In this document: in pieces, positions 18,753-28,080 of the stretch | How positions within the stretch are numbered: position 1 is the stretch's first letter | Layout of the letters: each line of letters opens with the position of its first letter | Notes under the pieces: generated by a model | Told to the model about the DNA's origin: nothing | The model's input: the letters and a program-made list of their open reading frames with translations, nothing else | Databases searched by the model: none | Translations under genes and position numbers: made by a program | Virus record (IMG/VR): IMGVR_UViG_3300044627_003356 | Reading direction: 5' to 3' (one strand) | Length of the DNA: 64,000 bases | DNA from: a virus

Positions 18753-19479
18753 GTTCTATTACCTTTATTAAAATACCACCCAAATCAAAAAATTCTGGCC
18801 GGTGATTGAAGATATATCTTTTAGCATTGTTGTGATGTTCTTTATGTATCCATTCACCTGCCATTGGAATAATGAATTCCATGTACCACAAATTTTGTGG
18901 TTCTCCATTTTTATGAGCATAGATGGTTTGTAAACCACTAGTAACAAGATATGTTGAAATTGGTAAAGCAAAACCGTATAAAAAAAGATTGCTATCAATA
19001 ACAAATAACATTATACCTGCCACTAAAAATAAAGATAAAGAATGATTCATTAAAAATCTGTGCATTGGATCACGCATCATCTTCAATTCATTTTTCCCTG
19101 CCACAATATTATTTCTTTCTTTAAATCTTAAAAAATATTTAAAGTTGCTTTCATATGGATCCATAGGTGTGTCAGAATATCGATGATGGGTACGATGAAC
19201 AGCAGACCAAGAAACTGGAGAAGAATTTAAAGTGATTGCACCAAATAGTCCAAAAATCCAATGCCATACTTTGGAACAAATAAATGCGTTATGACAAAAT
19301 AATCGGTGATAACCAACTGTTACTGTGATAGCAATACAGAGATAAACAAAAAAAGATAATACAAACCAAAGAAAGTTTGTGTTAGTTGTGTATACTAAAA
19401 TTAATATTGGTAAAAGCATCCATGCACCTATGGTTCGGTGCCAAGATTTGGTTTTCATGTGAAAAATAATCCATAACAA
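18739..19479 (-). CDS. Membrane fatty-acid (delta-9-like) desaturase
   Basis: His boxes GYHRLFCH, HRTHHRYSD, HKEHH; TM helices. Confidence 0.9.
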   Translation of the reverse strand: MLWIIFHMKTKSWHRTIGAWMLLPILILVYTTNTNFLWFVLSFFVYLCIAITVTVGYHRLFCHNAFICSKVWHWIFGLFGAITLNSSPVSWSAVHRTHHRYSDTPMDPYESNFKYFLRFKERNNIVAGKNELKMMRDPMHRFLMNHSLSLFLVAGIMLFVIDSNLFLYGFALPISTYLVTSGLQTIYAHKNGEPQNLWYMEFIIPMAGEWIHKEHHNNAKRYIFNHRPEFFDLGGILIKVIEHGKQ

Positions 19480-19955
19480 TCTTTATCTAAAGCTTGAACT
19501 TCAACATCTCCACTACGGACTCGCACTTGACATGGTCCTGTAAATATCTTTGTATTAATTTCGAATTGACCTCTGGCCAACCAGAAATTGGTTTTATTGG
19601 TAAAATTTGTTTTTTCACCTGATTTTAAAACTAACGATGAAAGATTTGGCAAACCATTTTTATTATGTTTATGTGATATACAAACCCATTCTGTTTCTAC
19701 GGGAAATGATAATAATAAATTTCCTGTTGAATTTGCTTTAGCATCAGGATGTTCATAATTCAGCCAACCAGGAATCCTGTCCTGAAGTTCTTCATTTGTT
19801 TCAATGACTTTTACCTTGGCCAAACCTTTTGTGTAGAAATAATATCCTGATGTTACAAGTCCATCAACACCCAACTCAACAACTCTTTCATCACCTACAT
19901 CCGCTTCAACAACAAAAACGGTGTAACCAAAAGCTGCATAAGGTTTCATTTTCAT
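19455..19955 (-). CDS. Hypothetical beta-rich (cupin-like?) protein
   Basis: ORF within the operon; beta-strand-rich sequence. Confidence 0.55.
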   Translation of the reverse strand: MKMKPYAAFGYTVFVVEADVGDERVVELGVDGLVTSGYYFYTKGLAKVKVIETNEELQDRIPGWLNYEHPDAKANSTGNLLLSFPVETEWVCISHKHNKNGLPNLSSLVLKSGEKTNFTNKTNFWLARGQFEINTKIFTGPCQVRVRSGDVEVQALDKDCYGLFFT

Positions 19956-20344
19956 ACAGTTGCTCCAGCCATTTCAGATAAAGTTCTTTGAATTGCAACA
20001 GTAATTTTTACTCTATACAATTCAGCGAAATCAAAATTATCAATAGTTGAGATTTGATATTGGCCAGGAACTGGTTGAACATTTGTAAATCTTTCACAAA
20101 CTTGTTGTTTTCCAATTGATTCTTCTATAAAAGATAAATCAGCATCAGTAACAGATTGAGCTTTCATATGTTCAACTGTTGGAGCATATTTTTTAATAAT
20201 TTCTTGCAAGTCGGAAAGGCTTTCTGGTAGCGGTGAAGTTAGTCTAATGAAAGCCCAAGTACCATCTCCAAAAGTAACTTTCAAAGTTTTGTTTTCTTTA
20301 TTGAATTCTTCAATTTTATATTGTAAAATAAAAACATCGTTCAT
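19952..20344 (-). CDS. Hypothetical protein, possible fibre/adhesin chaperone
   Basis: Immediately downstream of adhesin gene. Confidence 0.5.
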   Translation of the reverse strand: MNDVFILQYKIEEFNKENKTLKVTFGDGTWAFIRLTSPLPESLSDLQEIIKKYAPTVEHMKAQSVTDADLSFIEESIGKQQVCERFTNVQPVPGQYQISTIDNFDFAELYRVKITVAIQRTLSEMAGATV

Positions 20345-20345
20345 T

Positions 20346-21350
20346 TTATGCTAATCCTCCAGCTACTGTTCCACTATTATTTAATGTTACTGAGTTTATG
20401 CCTTTAACGAGATATCTACCAGCAGATCCAGCTGCATTTCCACCAGCGCCACCTGAACCAGCAGAACCAGCGCCATTATTACCGGAAGATCCTGTACCTC
20501 CGGTACTACCAGACCCACCATTAGTTCCGGCCGCACCAAATGCTCCTCCAGCACCACCAAGCCCCCCCGTGCCGCCTGTACCTCCAACACCTGCATTTGT
20601 GCCACCAGCAGCACCAGCGTTTCCTCCTGCACCACCAACACCATTGGTAGAAGCTTGATTATACCCTTGGCCTACTCCACCAGATCCTCCAGCTCCACCA
20701 GATCCTCCAGCTCCACCACTTGTAAAAGTTCTATTATATTGATTAAAAAAGTTTGTGTTTTTAGCGCAAGAAACACCTGTATCGATAGCGTAAGTATAAC
20801 CACCTGGATTACCACAAGTTTGTGTTATAAAAGTATCAAAAAATCCTGGTCCACCTTGGCCACCTGTGCCACCAGTACCACCAGAACCACCACCGCCGCC
20901 ACCACCGTAAATAACAGCTCCCGATTTATTGTTAATAACAACGGTTTGATTTCCGAAATTAGCATTTATTGCATCACCACCAACTGAGCTTCCTGCTCCA
21001 CCAAATCCTTGGATTGCTCCATAGTTATTGATAATACACGTTGATCCTGTTGGAAATTGGCCAAGTGTTAAAGCTGTTGTGCCGGATCCACCAATCACCC
21101 TTGCTGTATCAACAAGGACTTTATATGTGGCTACCGTAGCGGGAGATGATAAAAAACTATAAACATTTAAATTTGTTGTGTTTGATGCATATCCAGTACC
21201 TCTGGCAGAATTTGTATCAATTGCACCAGCCAACTGGTCGGCTAACTTTCTAAACGTATCATCATTCCAACTGAATTGAGCGGTAGATGACCTACCCAAT
21301 TCAGTATTAATTTGAGATGCGGAAATTGCGCCTGTGATAGATAATGGCAT
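20346..21350 (-). CDS. Glycine-rich tail-fibre adhesin, T2 gp38-like
   Basis: IINNYGAIQGFGGAG...INNKSGAVIYGGGGGGG...GSAGRYL...NSGTVAGG, resembling gp38 polyglycine architecture. Confidence 0.7.
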   Translation of the reverse strand: MPLSITGAISASQINTELGRSSTAQFSWNDDTFRKLADQLAGAIDTNSARGTGYASNTTNLNVYSFLSSPATVATYKVLVDTARVIGGSGTTALTLGQFPTGSTCIINNYGAIQGFGGAGSSVGGDAINANFGNQTVVINNKSGAVIYGGGGGGGSGGTGGTGGQGGPGFFDTFITQTCGNPGGYTYAIDTGVSCAKNTNFFNQYNRTFTSGGAGGSGGAGGSGGVGQGYNQASTNGVGGAGGNAGAAGGTNAGVGGTGGTGGLGGAGGAFGAAGTNGGSGSTGGTGSSGNNGAGSAGSGGAGGNAAGSAGRYLVKGINSVTLNNSGTVAGGLA

Positions 21351-21376
21351 TTGTGTTTTTTTTAGTTAATAATGGT

Positions 21377-21384
21377 TATTTATG
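21377..21384 (-). promoter_or_regulatory. Late promoter (CATAAATA) heading the adhesin/enzyme operon
   Basis: NATAAATA about 27 nt upstream of adhesin ATG. Confidence 0.65.
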
Positions 21385-21388
21385 TCAA

Positions 21389-22147
21389 TCATTCCTGATC
21401 TTCGATCTTCAATTTGGCCAAAATATACTCTTTTACAAGACTACTACGAACAATATCGTCAGCAGTAAATTCAATCTTGGTAAAAGCGGTCATGTGCATG
21501 GCAATATCAAAGAATCTTAATATGCCCGACATATCATTCTTGCGTTTATTTAAATCAGTCTGGCGATAATCACCACACCATAATATCTTTGACCTGTAAC
21601 CTACTCGTGTCATTACAGTATCAATTTCTTCAAAGGTTAAGTTCTGCATCTCATCTACAAGAATAATGGCATCATCAAATGACATACCACGAATGAATGA
21701 TGTAGAGATAAACTCAATGTGACCTTGTTCAGTTAATCGTTGATAAGCATCTTTACGACCAAAAAGTGTTTCACAAATTTGTTGATATGGCTGTTGAAAG
21801 ATTTCCATCTTCTCAGATACATCACCTGGTAGATGGCCAATCTCTCTTGATTGTACGGCTGACCGAACAATAATAATCTTATTGAATGGATTGGATTTAT
21901 CCAATACTTCTTCTAGTGCTTTGTATAAGGCACAGAATGTTTTACCTGTACCTGCAACACCATGTAATGCAACAAAGTAGTCCCCTTGTTTGTATGCATC
22001 AAAGAAAATCTTTTGGTTATCTGTTAATGGTTCAAATGTTTTTAAATCATCAATACGGACTTTTAATGCGTTTGTCTGTCTATTGTGTGGTTCTTTGTCG
22101 TGCGGTGTTGCCACATCAGGTAGAACTCTTTTTTTGGTCGCCATCAA
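21389..22147 (-). CDS. phoH: PhoH-like ATPase
   Basis: GVAGTGKT, IGHLPG, FIRGMSFDDAIILVDEMQN, GDYRQTD. Confidence 0.95.
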   Translation of the reverse strand: MMATKKRVLPDVATPHDKEPHNRQTNALKVRIDDLKTFEPLTDNQKIFFDAYKQGDYFVALHGVAGTGKTFCALYKALEEVLDKSNPFNKIIIVRSAVQSREIGHLPGDVSEKMEIFQQPYQQICETLFGRKDAYQRLTEQGHIEFISTSFIRGMSFDDAIILVDEMQNLTFEEIDTVMTRVGYRSKILWCGDYRQTDLNKRKNDMSGILRFFDIAMHMTAFTKIEFTADDIVRSSLVKEYILAKLKIEDQE

Positions 22148-22171
22148 ACTTCCCTTGTTGTTAGAAATCGT

Positions 22172-22450
22172 TTACCACTCCCTAGGCTTCTTTGTCTTAT
22201 GACCAGACATTGTATTACCAGGTATTGTATCTTTCATTCGCTGAATCACACCGTGTTCAAATGCCGCATGAGGTTGGCCAATGCCTGGAACCGACATACG
22301 AGCACCATCACCAAAGATGGGAAGGTTATCAGCCGAGTGGTATCGTGTAAGATGTGGATTGTCTTGCAGAAATTGATCCAACACCGTGTAAGACATACGG
22401 TGCTCTTCAATTGTATCTGTTTGTTTATTTAAAAAATCATATGCAGGCAT
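22172..22450 (-). CDS. Conserved T4-like hypothetical (FmdB-like N-terminus)
   Basis: MPAYDFLNKQT...FLQDNPHL; start reassigned to the coupled ATG. Confidence 0.6.
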   Translation of the reverse strand: MPAYDFLNKQTDTIEEHRMSYTVLDQFLQDNPHLTRYHSADNLPIFGDGARMSVPGIGQPHAAFEHGVIQRMKDTIPGNTMSGHKTKKPREW

Positions 22451-23019
22451 TATGCGGCTTTCTTCATGATCATATTTGTTAACCATTTAGGTTCTGGTCT
22501 ACTATTTATCTTACCTTTCCATGACCACATACGTTGTTTTTCATTAAAGTAATAATTGTGGTATGACTGTAATGAATTACCTGGTACTTTGCAATAGTCT
22601 GGCATGGCAGGTGTAGGACCAGTAAATGGTTTATTTGGAATATTGGTAGGTAGAACACCAAGGTCTGGTATCAAACGAGCACACGCATGAACCTTACCAT
22701 AACGATAGGTAAACTCACTCAATAGTTCACACCACATATTGTACAACCATAGATAGTTTTTGTCTGATTGGCGCACCCATATGGCGGATGGGTGGTTCAT
22801 CATTGTAGGCTTCATGAGGCGTTCTTCACGACCATCAGGCAGTCGCCATGCCTTAATTGAACGGTTATTGGCAGACAGTCTGCGGTATTCTTCACCGTCA
22901 AGTACACGATGTGTAGTGGAAAGTAACTGAGCATACTCGATTACCATTTTGCAAACGTGTTTGTCAAGGTGCATTTCAGCACAAATTTTGGGATCATTAT
23001 CTAGATAAAAAATATTCAT
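22450..23019 (-). CDS. Pyrimidine-dimer DNA glycosylase (DenV-like family)
   Basis: MNIFYLD..P..CAEMHLDKHVCKMVIEYAQLLST, NHPSAIW, PTPAMPD. Confidence 0.75.
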   Translation of the reverse strand: MNIFYLDNDPKICAEMHLDKHVCKMVIEYAQLLSTTHRVLDGEEYRRLSANNRSIKAWRLPDGREERLMKPTMMNHPSAIWVRQSDKNYLWLYNMWCELLSEFTYRYGKVHACARLIPDLGVLPTNIPNKPFTGPTPAMPDYCKVPGNSLQSYHNYYFNEKQRMWSWKGKINSRPEPKWLTNMIMKKAA

Positions 23020-23306
23020 AGCATTCTAATTAAGCCGATTGTATCAATAGTGGTTAACAAAATGTAGTTAGCCAACATACCAAAAGATTTGCGAGTCCAT
23101 GAAGCCCAAGCATACATAGCACAGCCAAGAATCCAAATAGGATATAAAACCAGTAGCGGTGGGTTTGGAACGGTAAGTGCCATAGTAACAGAACAACCAA
23201 TACTAATAGCCCAAGCCAAGAGCTCCACAATAAAACGGGAACGACCACTTCGCCAATCATCACGAATCCAATCAAACAGGTTGTAAAATAAATCGTTCAT
23301 CATCAC
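23016..23306 (-). CDS. Small membrane protein
   Basis: Three hydrophobic helices. Confidence 0.65.
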   Translation of the reverse strand: MMMNDLFYNLFDWIRDDWRSGRSRFIVELLAWAISIGCSVTMALTVPNPPLLVLYPIWILGCAMYAWASWTRKSFGMLANYILLTTIDTIGLIRML

Positions 23307-24558
23307 TCATCAGAACGAATCAGACTTTTCTTTCCGGAGAAAATAGAATCCAAATCATCTAAATCAAAAGATTGTCTTGCTTCTAAATCTAATTCACCAT
23401 CTTTTGATAAACTAAAATTATTTTTTTTAAACGATGAATCTTCATGTTTATAGATTTCCAAATTACCTTCAAAATGAAAACCACAACCACGTAAAAAGGT
23501 TTCAAATTCACCAATGACACTATCTAAACGGTCAGCATTAAACTCAAATGTTTTTTTGGTTGTGATTGATTCTCCAAAAGGACACGGATCTTCTTCACAA
23601 ATAAATGTAAACTTACTCATAGTTTTGGAATATCCAAAGATAGGTCTTTAGCTTTTGTTTTACCAAACTTCTTTGCAATATCTTCAGGCTTTACAGTTTC
23701 TAAAACGAATTGCTTAAACTCATTGTAATCATTTGAAACTTTCATTGAAACGGCACCGCCATGACCATCAGCCATAAACAATGCACAACCGCCACCAACT
23801 AATGGTGCAATTTCAACAATTGCTTCTAAATTAATAATTACGGGACACTTCTTATCTAACGAATTAACTTCAATCAACATAGTCATACTTCTTCTCCTTT
23901 GGGTTCACGAATCTTTGCAAATTTAGCCAGTTTGGCGGACATCTCAGCTTCAATATATGATTTCTTCCATAGACTTCTTTTTTCTGATGTCATAGTAGCC
24001 AACATTCGTTTTGCTGATTTACTTAATTTAAAATCTTTATTTGGTTTCATTTAATTGCCTTAATGGTTGTGTCAGACTTATCACAATCTTTAACACGAAT
24101 CAAATAAACAGTTTCATCTGAATGTGGCCTAACAAAAAAACATCCACCTTTGATTGACCAAACTAAATGATGTTGAATACTACCTTCAGCTACATTAATG
24201 GTTGGGGGTTTACGAACAACATCAACCAAATTAAATATGGCAATAGCACACGAAAACAAAAGAGCAACAACAAAAATACTAATTGTGTTCTTGCCAACCC
24301 ACACATACAATTTATCAAACATTATATAATCCCTTTAGAATATAATACATACAGTATAACAGATACCACACCAAATGTCAAGAGGCCAATGGTAAAGAAC
24401 CAAGAAACTTTTCGGTAATATGCCACTTCAAGCTCCAACATATCACGCTGACCTAATAACATAGGTTGGCATTCATCTTCGCCACCCATTAGTTCTATGG
24501 TCTCTTTGGCGTTGGCCAATCGCTGTTTGGCCTCATATAAATAGTAATAAGATATCAT
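23303..24558 (-). other. Run of small hypothetical CDSs (23303-23620, 23617-23886, 23883-24050, 24047-24322, 24322-24558)
   Basis: Tightly coupled ORFs downstream of the sigma70 promoter at 24567-24595. Confidence 0.65.
24536..24543 (+). promoter_or_regulatory. Late promoter TATAAATA for the inverted Bug/PP-loop cassette
   Basis: Exact consensus about 60 nt upstream of 24603. Confidence 0.6.
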
Positions 24559-24566
24559 GGTAGTAT

Positions 24567-24595
24567 ATTATATATTACTTCGTTTTAAATGTCAA
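24567..24595 (-). promoter_or_regulatory. sigma70-type early promoter
   Basis: TTGACA-N17-TATAAT exact. Confidence 0.8.
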
Positions 24596-24602
24596 TAAGA
24601 AA

Positions 24603-25559
24603 ATGGTGGACTTTATGCTTAAGATTTTTATATTTTGTTTGTTTTTCATTTCATCACACTTTTCACATTCCAGTGATTTTAAAGATAAACCCATTACCAT
24701 AATTTCAGGTTTTTCTCCTGGTGCAACCGACCAAGCTTTAAGACCTTATATAGAAGCATTTGAGAAGAATGGTTATAAAATTGTGGTAGAACACAAACCT
24801 GGAGCAAATGGTATAGTTGCATTAAATTATTTTTCAAATAATGTTAAACCTGATGGGTATACATTGTTTGCAACTGCTTCTTCCATGTTTACTCTCGCAC
24901 CTATAGTTTCTTCCGACATTTTAAAAAATAATGGAGTTGATTTAATTACCACTATTGCCGCTGGTCCAATAGTTTTGGTTTCAAATAAACAATCGAATGT
25001 AAAAACATTAAAACAATTTCAAGATGATTTATTAAAGAATGATAACTCAATAAGCATTGCTTCACCAAGTTTATTTTTTGAATATGCCTCAAGATATTTG
25101 ATTAAAGAATCAACAAAACAATCAATTAATGTTCCAATTGTTAACTATAAATCTGGATCAGATGCTATTAAAGATGTTTTGGGTGGTCATGTAAAATATG
25201 GAGTTCTACAATTATCTGTAGCCACACCATTTATAAATTCTGGTGATATAAACATTATTGCAATAAGTGGAGAAAAACGATTTGTTAATTTACCAAATAC
25301 TCCAACATTTTCAGAATTTTTTCCCAATTTCAATTCAAATTTAGAAGCAAGCTGGGGTATAGCATTACCAAAAAATACAGACCCTAAAATTTATAAATTT
25401 TATCATGATTTTTTCACAAAAGTGGCTCGTGAAGAAGAAACAAAAGAAAAACTATTAAAAACTTTTATGATAATTCCCAATAATTACGTTGGCAAAAAAG
25501 CTTTTGAAAATAGAATTAATAAAGAATCTATAATGTGGAAATCAATTACAATAAAATGA
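24603..25559 (+). CDS. Bug/TctC substrate-binding protein (second paralog)
   Basis: Signal peptide; KPITIISGFSPGATD, EHKPGANG, KPDGYTL, YKSGSDAIKDVLGGHV, WGIALPKNTDP. Confidence 0.9.
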   Translation: MVDFMLKIFIFCLFFISSHFSHSSDFKDKPITIISGFSPGATDQALRPYIEAFEKNGYKIVVEHKPGANGIVALNYFSNNVKPDGYTLFATASSMFTLAPIVSSDILKNNGVDLITTIAAGPIVLVSNKQSNVKTLKQFQDDLLKNDNSISIASPSLFFEYASRYLIKESTKQSINVPIVNYKSGSDAIKDVLGGHVKYGVLQLSVATPFINSGDINIIAISGEKRFVNLPNTPTFSEFFPNFNSNLEASWGIALPKNTDPKIYKFYHDFFTKVAREEETKEKLLKTFMIIPNNYVGKKAFENRINKESIMWKSITIK

Positions 25560-26263
25560 ATGGTATTGAACAATATCTGTATCTCGTTGTTAACCGAGAA
25601 AATAATTTTATATACTCCATGTGTGACAATTGTTCAATAGCAAACGCATTGAGTAAAGGTTTTATAAATTCTTCTGTAATGGCCATTCCTTATACGTTAT
25701 TTAAAAGGCCTGCGACCGTTATTGACTATGTAAAAAATGAACATATCACATACAAGCTTGTTAATCAATTTATGTATGGAGGTAATAATTTAGAGTCAAA
25801 TTTAGGGGAAACTATAAAAAAAACAAACACAGGTAAACTTTTTGACATTGTTTTAATTGATACAAATTTACCGAATGACTGGATAAAAATAAGAAAAATT
25901 TGTAATACTCGTACAATTATACTGATCAATTTAGAAAACAAATTAAAACGTTACTTCGCTAGATATAAAGAATCTTTTTATGATGAATCTTTCTACAATT
26001 TTTTAACAAAAGAACTGGAAGAATGTTTTCCTACAGAAAATATTTTTTCCCCTTTAATTTTAGAATATGCAAAAATAATAAAATTAGAACCAAACGAAAC
26101 TTTTCAACATCTAAAAATGAAACATGATTGTTTTAAACTATGTATTTTTAGACATACGGCTTTATGGGAAAAATATGTTGATTTGGTAATCAAAACTGAT
26201 GAAGAAAAAAATGAATTATATCAAAATTTTGAGTTTGAATTGATGGGTATGAATAGAAATTAA
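25535..26263 (+). CDS. Hypothetical protein
   Basis: 242-aa ORF between Bug and PP-loop genes. Confidence 0.65.
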   Translation: MEINYNKMNGIEQYLYLVVNRENNFIYSMCDNCSIANALSKGFINSSVMAIPYTLFKRPATVIDYVKNEHITYKLVNQFMYGGNNLESNLGETIKKTNTGKLFDIVLIDTNLPNDWIKIRKICNTRTIILINLENKLKRYFARYKESFYDESFYNFLTKELEECFPTENIFSPLILEYAKIIKLEPNETFQHLKMKHDCFKLCIFRHTALWEKYVDLVIKTDEEKNELYQNFEFELMGMNRN

Positions 26264-26266
26264 ACA

Positions 26267-27358
26267 ATGAATTCAATAATTGTTAGCACCGACCATAGTT
26301 ATTCTTTTAAAAAGAATATACAATTTTCTATGAACAAACCCGATTTAAATTTATATTCGGATATACTAAAAATTACTCCTTTTACATGGTTGGTGGACAG
26401 AACAAAATTGTGTAATTTACCTTTCAAGACACATTTTATTGAAGATTATCAATTACCGGAAATAACAAAACATTCTTGTGATAGTTTGGATAATATCTGT
26501 CAAAATATTGTAGAACAGTACAAAAACATCGATAAACAAATTTATATACTTTGGAGTGGAGGAATAGATTCCACTCTGTTAGTAGTTTCTTTTTTAAAAT
26601 CAACAGTACCATACAGTAAAATTACGATTGCATGTAATTTTGATTCTATCAAAGAAAATTATGATTTTTATAAAAAACATATTTTACCAAATTTTAAAAT
26701 AATCTCATCGGATTTTTTAATGCAATCTGTGAGCACATCAACAATTGATGGTATAATATTAAATGGTGATCCAGCTGATGTTTTATATGGATATGATTTA
26801 ACTACTAGTATTTCTAAAATTTTAGGTTTTGATTATTTACAATTACCATGTAATAGAGATAATGTAACAAACTATTTTAAAATAAAAGGACTTTCTGAAC
26901 AATCAGCAAATTTTTGGTATGATTATTTTACTCATTCCATAGACAAATCTCCAAAACCAATAAAAACAATGCAAGATTTTTCTTGGTGGGAAGGGTTTAA
27001 TTATAGATGGCAAGCTGCCAATGAAAAATTTTACGTCAGGTTACCTTTGAATAACTCAAACTGTTACGAAAAAATTTTTAATCGTGCTGAGTTTCAATTG
27101 TGGGCAATTTTTAAAGAACCAATTATCATTAAAAAATTAAATGATATCAAGTTAGAATCTAAAAAAATAATTTTAGATTATACAAAAGATGAGTTCTATT
27201 TTTATAATAAAATAAAATTAAATTCTAATAGCCATGTATTTGGATTGAATTCTTACTCTGCTGTTTTAAACACCGGCCAAAGATTGGCCCAAGAAGAATT
27301 TAATGTTTTTGATTTTTATGATGAAAATAATTTTATTAATGATTGGTTATCTTCTTAG
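26267..27358 (+). CDS. PP-loop (asparagine synthase-like) ATP pyrophosphatase, paralog of 17611..18582
   Basis: VDRT, ILWSGGIDST, NGDPAD, DFSWW..FNYRWQ. Confidence 0.7.
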   Translation: MNSIIVSTDHSYSFKKNIQFSMNKPDLNLYSDILKITPFTWLVDRTKLCNLPFKTHFIEDYQLPEITKHSCDSLDNICQNIVEQYKNIDKQIYILWSGGIDSTLLVVSFLKSTVPYSKITIACNFDSIKENYDFYKKHILPNFKIISSDFLMQSVSTSTIDGIILNGDPADVLYGYDLTTSISKILGFDYLQLPCNRDNVTNYFKIKGLSEQSANFWYDYFTHSIDKSPKPIKTMQDFSWWEGFNYRWQAANEKFYVRLPLNNSNCYEKIFNRAEFQLWAIFKEPIIIKKLNDIKLESKKIILDYTKDEFYFYNKIKLNSNSHVFGLNSYSAVLNTGQRLAQEEFNVFDFYDENNFINDWLSS

Positions 27359-28080
27359 TCCCACAGTCCTTCGTAATACTTACCAAATAAACGGTAACCA
27401 TTAGTCTTTCTTTCTTGGTGTGCCTTTAATCCATCCCAATCAACCTTTAACTTACTATGGCCTTCGGTCATTTCTTTGAACCATTGGTCATGATTGGTTT
27501 TTCCATCATCTCTTTTGTATGCAGAATGGTCAAAGAATTCAGACTCATCATCGTCTTTAACCTTTTGTTCAAATGCCCAAATCATTTCACCAAGTACCCA
27601 TTCCCATTTTTGGTGTAGAAGCGTATATTCATCTTCTAGGTCGATTGCATGAACCTGTAGTGTACCACGAATATCATTCTTTTTTCTTTTGATTTTTGGT
27701 TTCTTTGCTTCACGCAATTCTTCAGGCACATCTTCATCATCAACCATTGGTGAACCGTTTTTAGTTTCTTGTAACTGTTTCAACATTGGCAGAATGATAT
27801 ACGCCAAGGTATGGTCCATTGACCAAGTATCCCATCGGTCAAGCTTCACATACATGATTCGTGGATGAATCAAATTCAAAACCCATTGAATAGCATAAGA
27901 AAACGGATCAAGGTACTTTGTTGCCTTGTCTACCCATTTTGGATGGTCAATCCATTCTTTGTCATCAATTATGCGTTTGTTACGACTGCATTTACTCCAA
28001 TCAGTCCAGAAAAACACATAATCAATAATGGTGTATGGAGAAATCCAATGATTTCGATAATTACTCAATATTACTTTCAT
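27355..28080 (-). CDS. Conserved phage hypothetical protein
   Basis: DTWSMDHTLAYIILPMLKQL...LFGKYYEGLWD. Confidence 0.7.
   Translation of the reverse strand: MKVILSNYRNHWISPYTIIDYVFFWTDWSKCSRNKRIIDDKEWIDHPKWVDKATKYLDPFSYAIQWVLNLIHPRIMYVKLDRWDTWSMDHTLAYIILPMLKQLQETKNGSPMVDDEDVPEELREAKKPKIKRKKNDIRGTLQVHAIDLEDEYTLLHQKWEWVLGEMIWAFEQKVKDDDESEFFDHSAYKRDDGKTNHDQWFKEMTEGHSKLKVDWDGLKAHQERKTNGYRLFGKYYEGLWD

Noticed and set aside
20396-20987. Pro-rich and other alternative-frame ORFs over the adhesin
   Set aside because: Shadows of polyglycine codons
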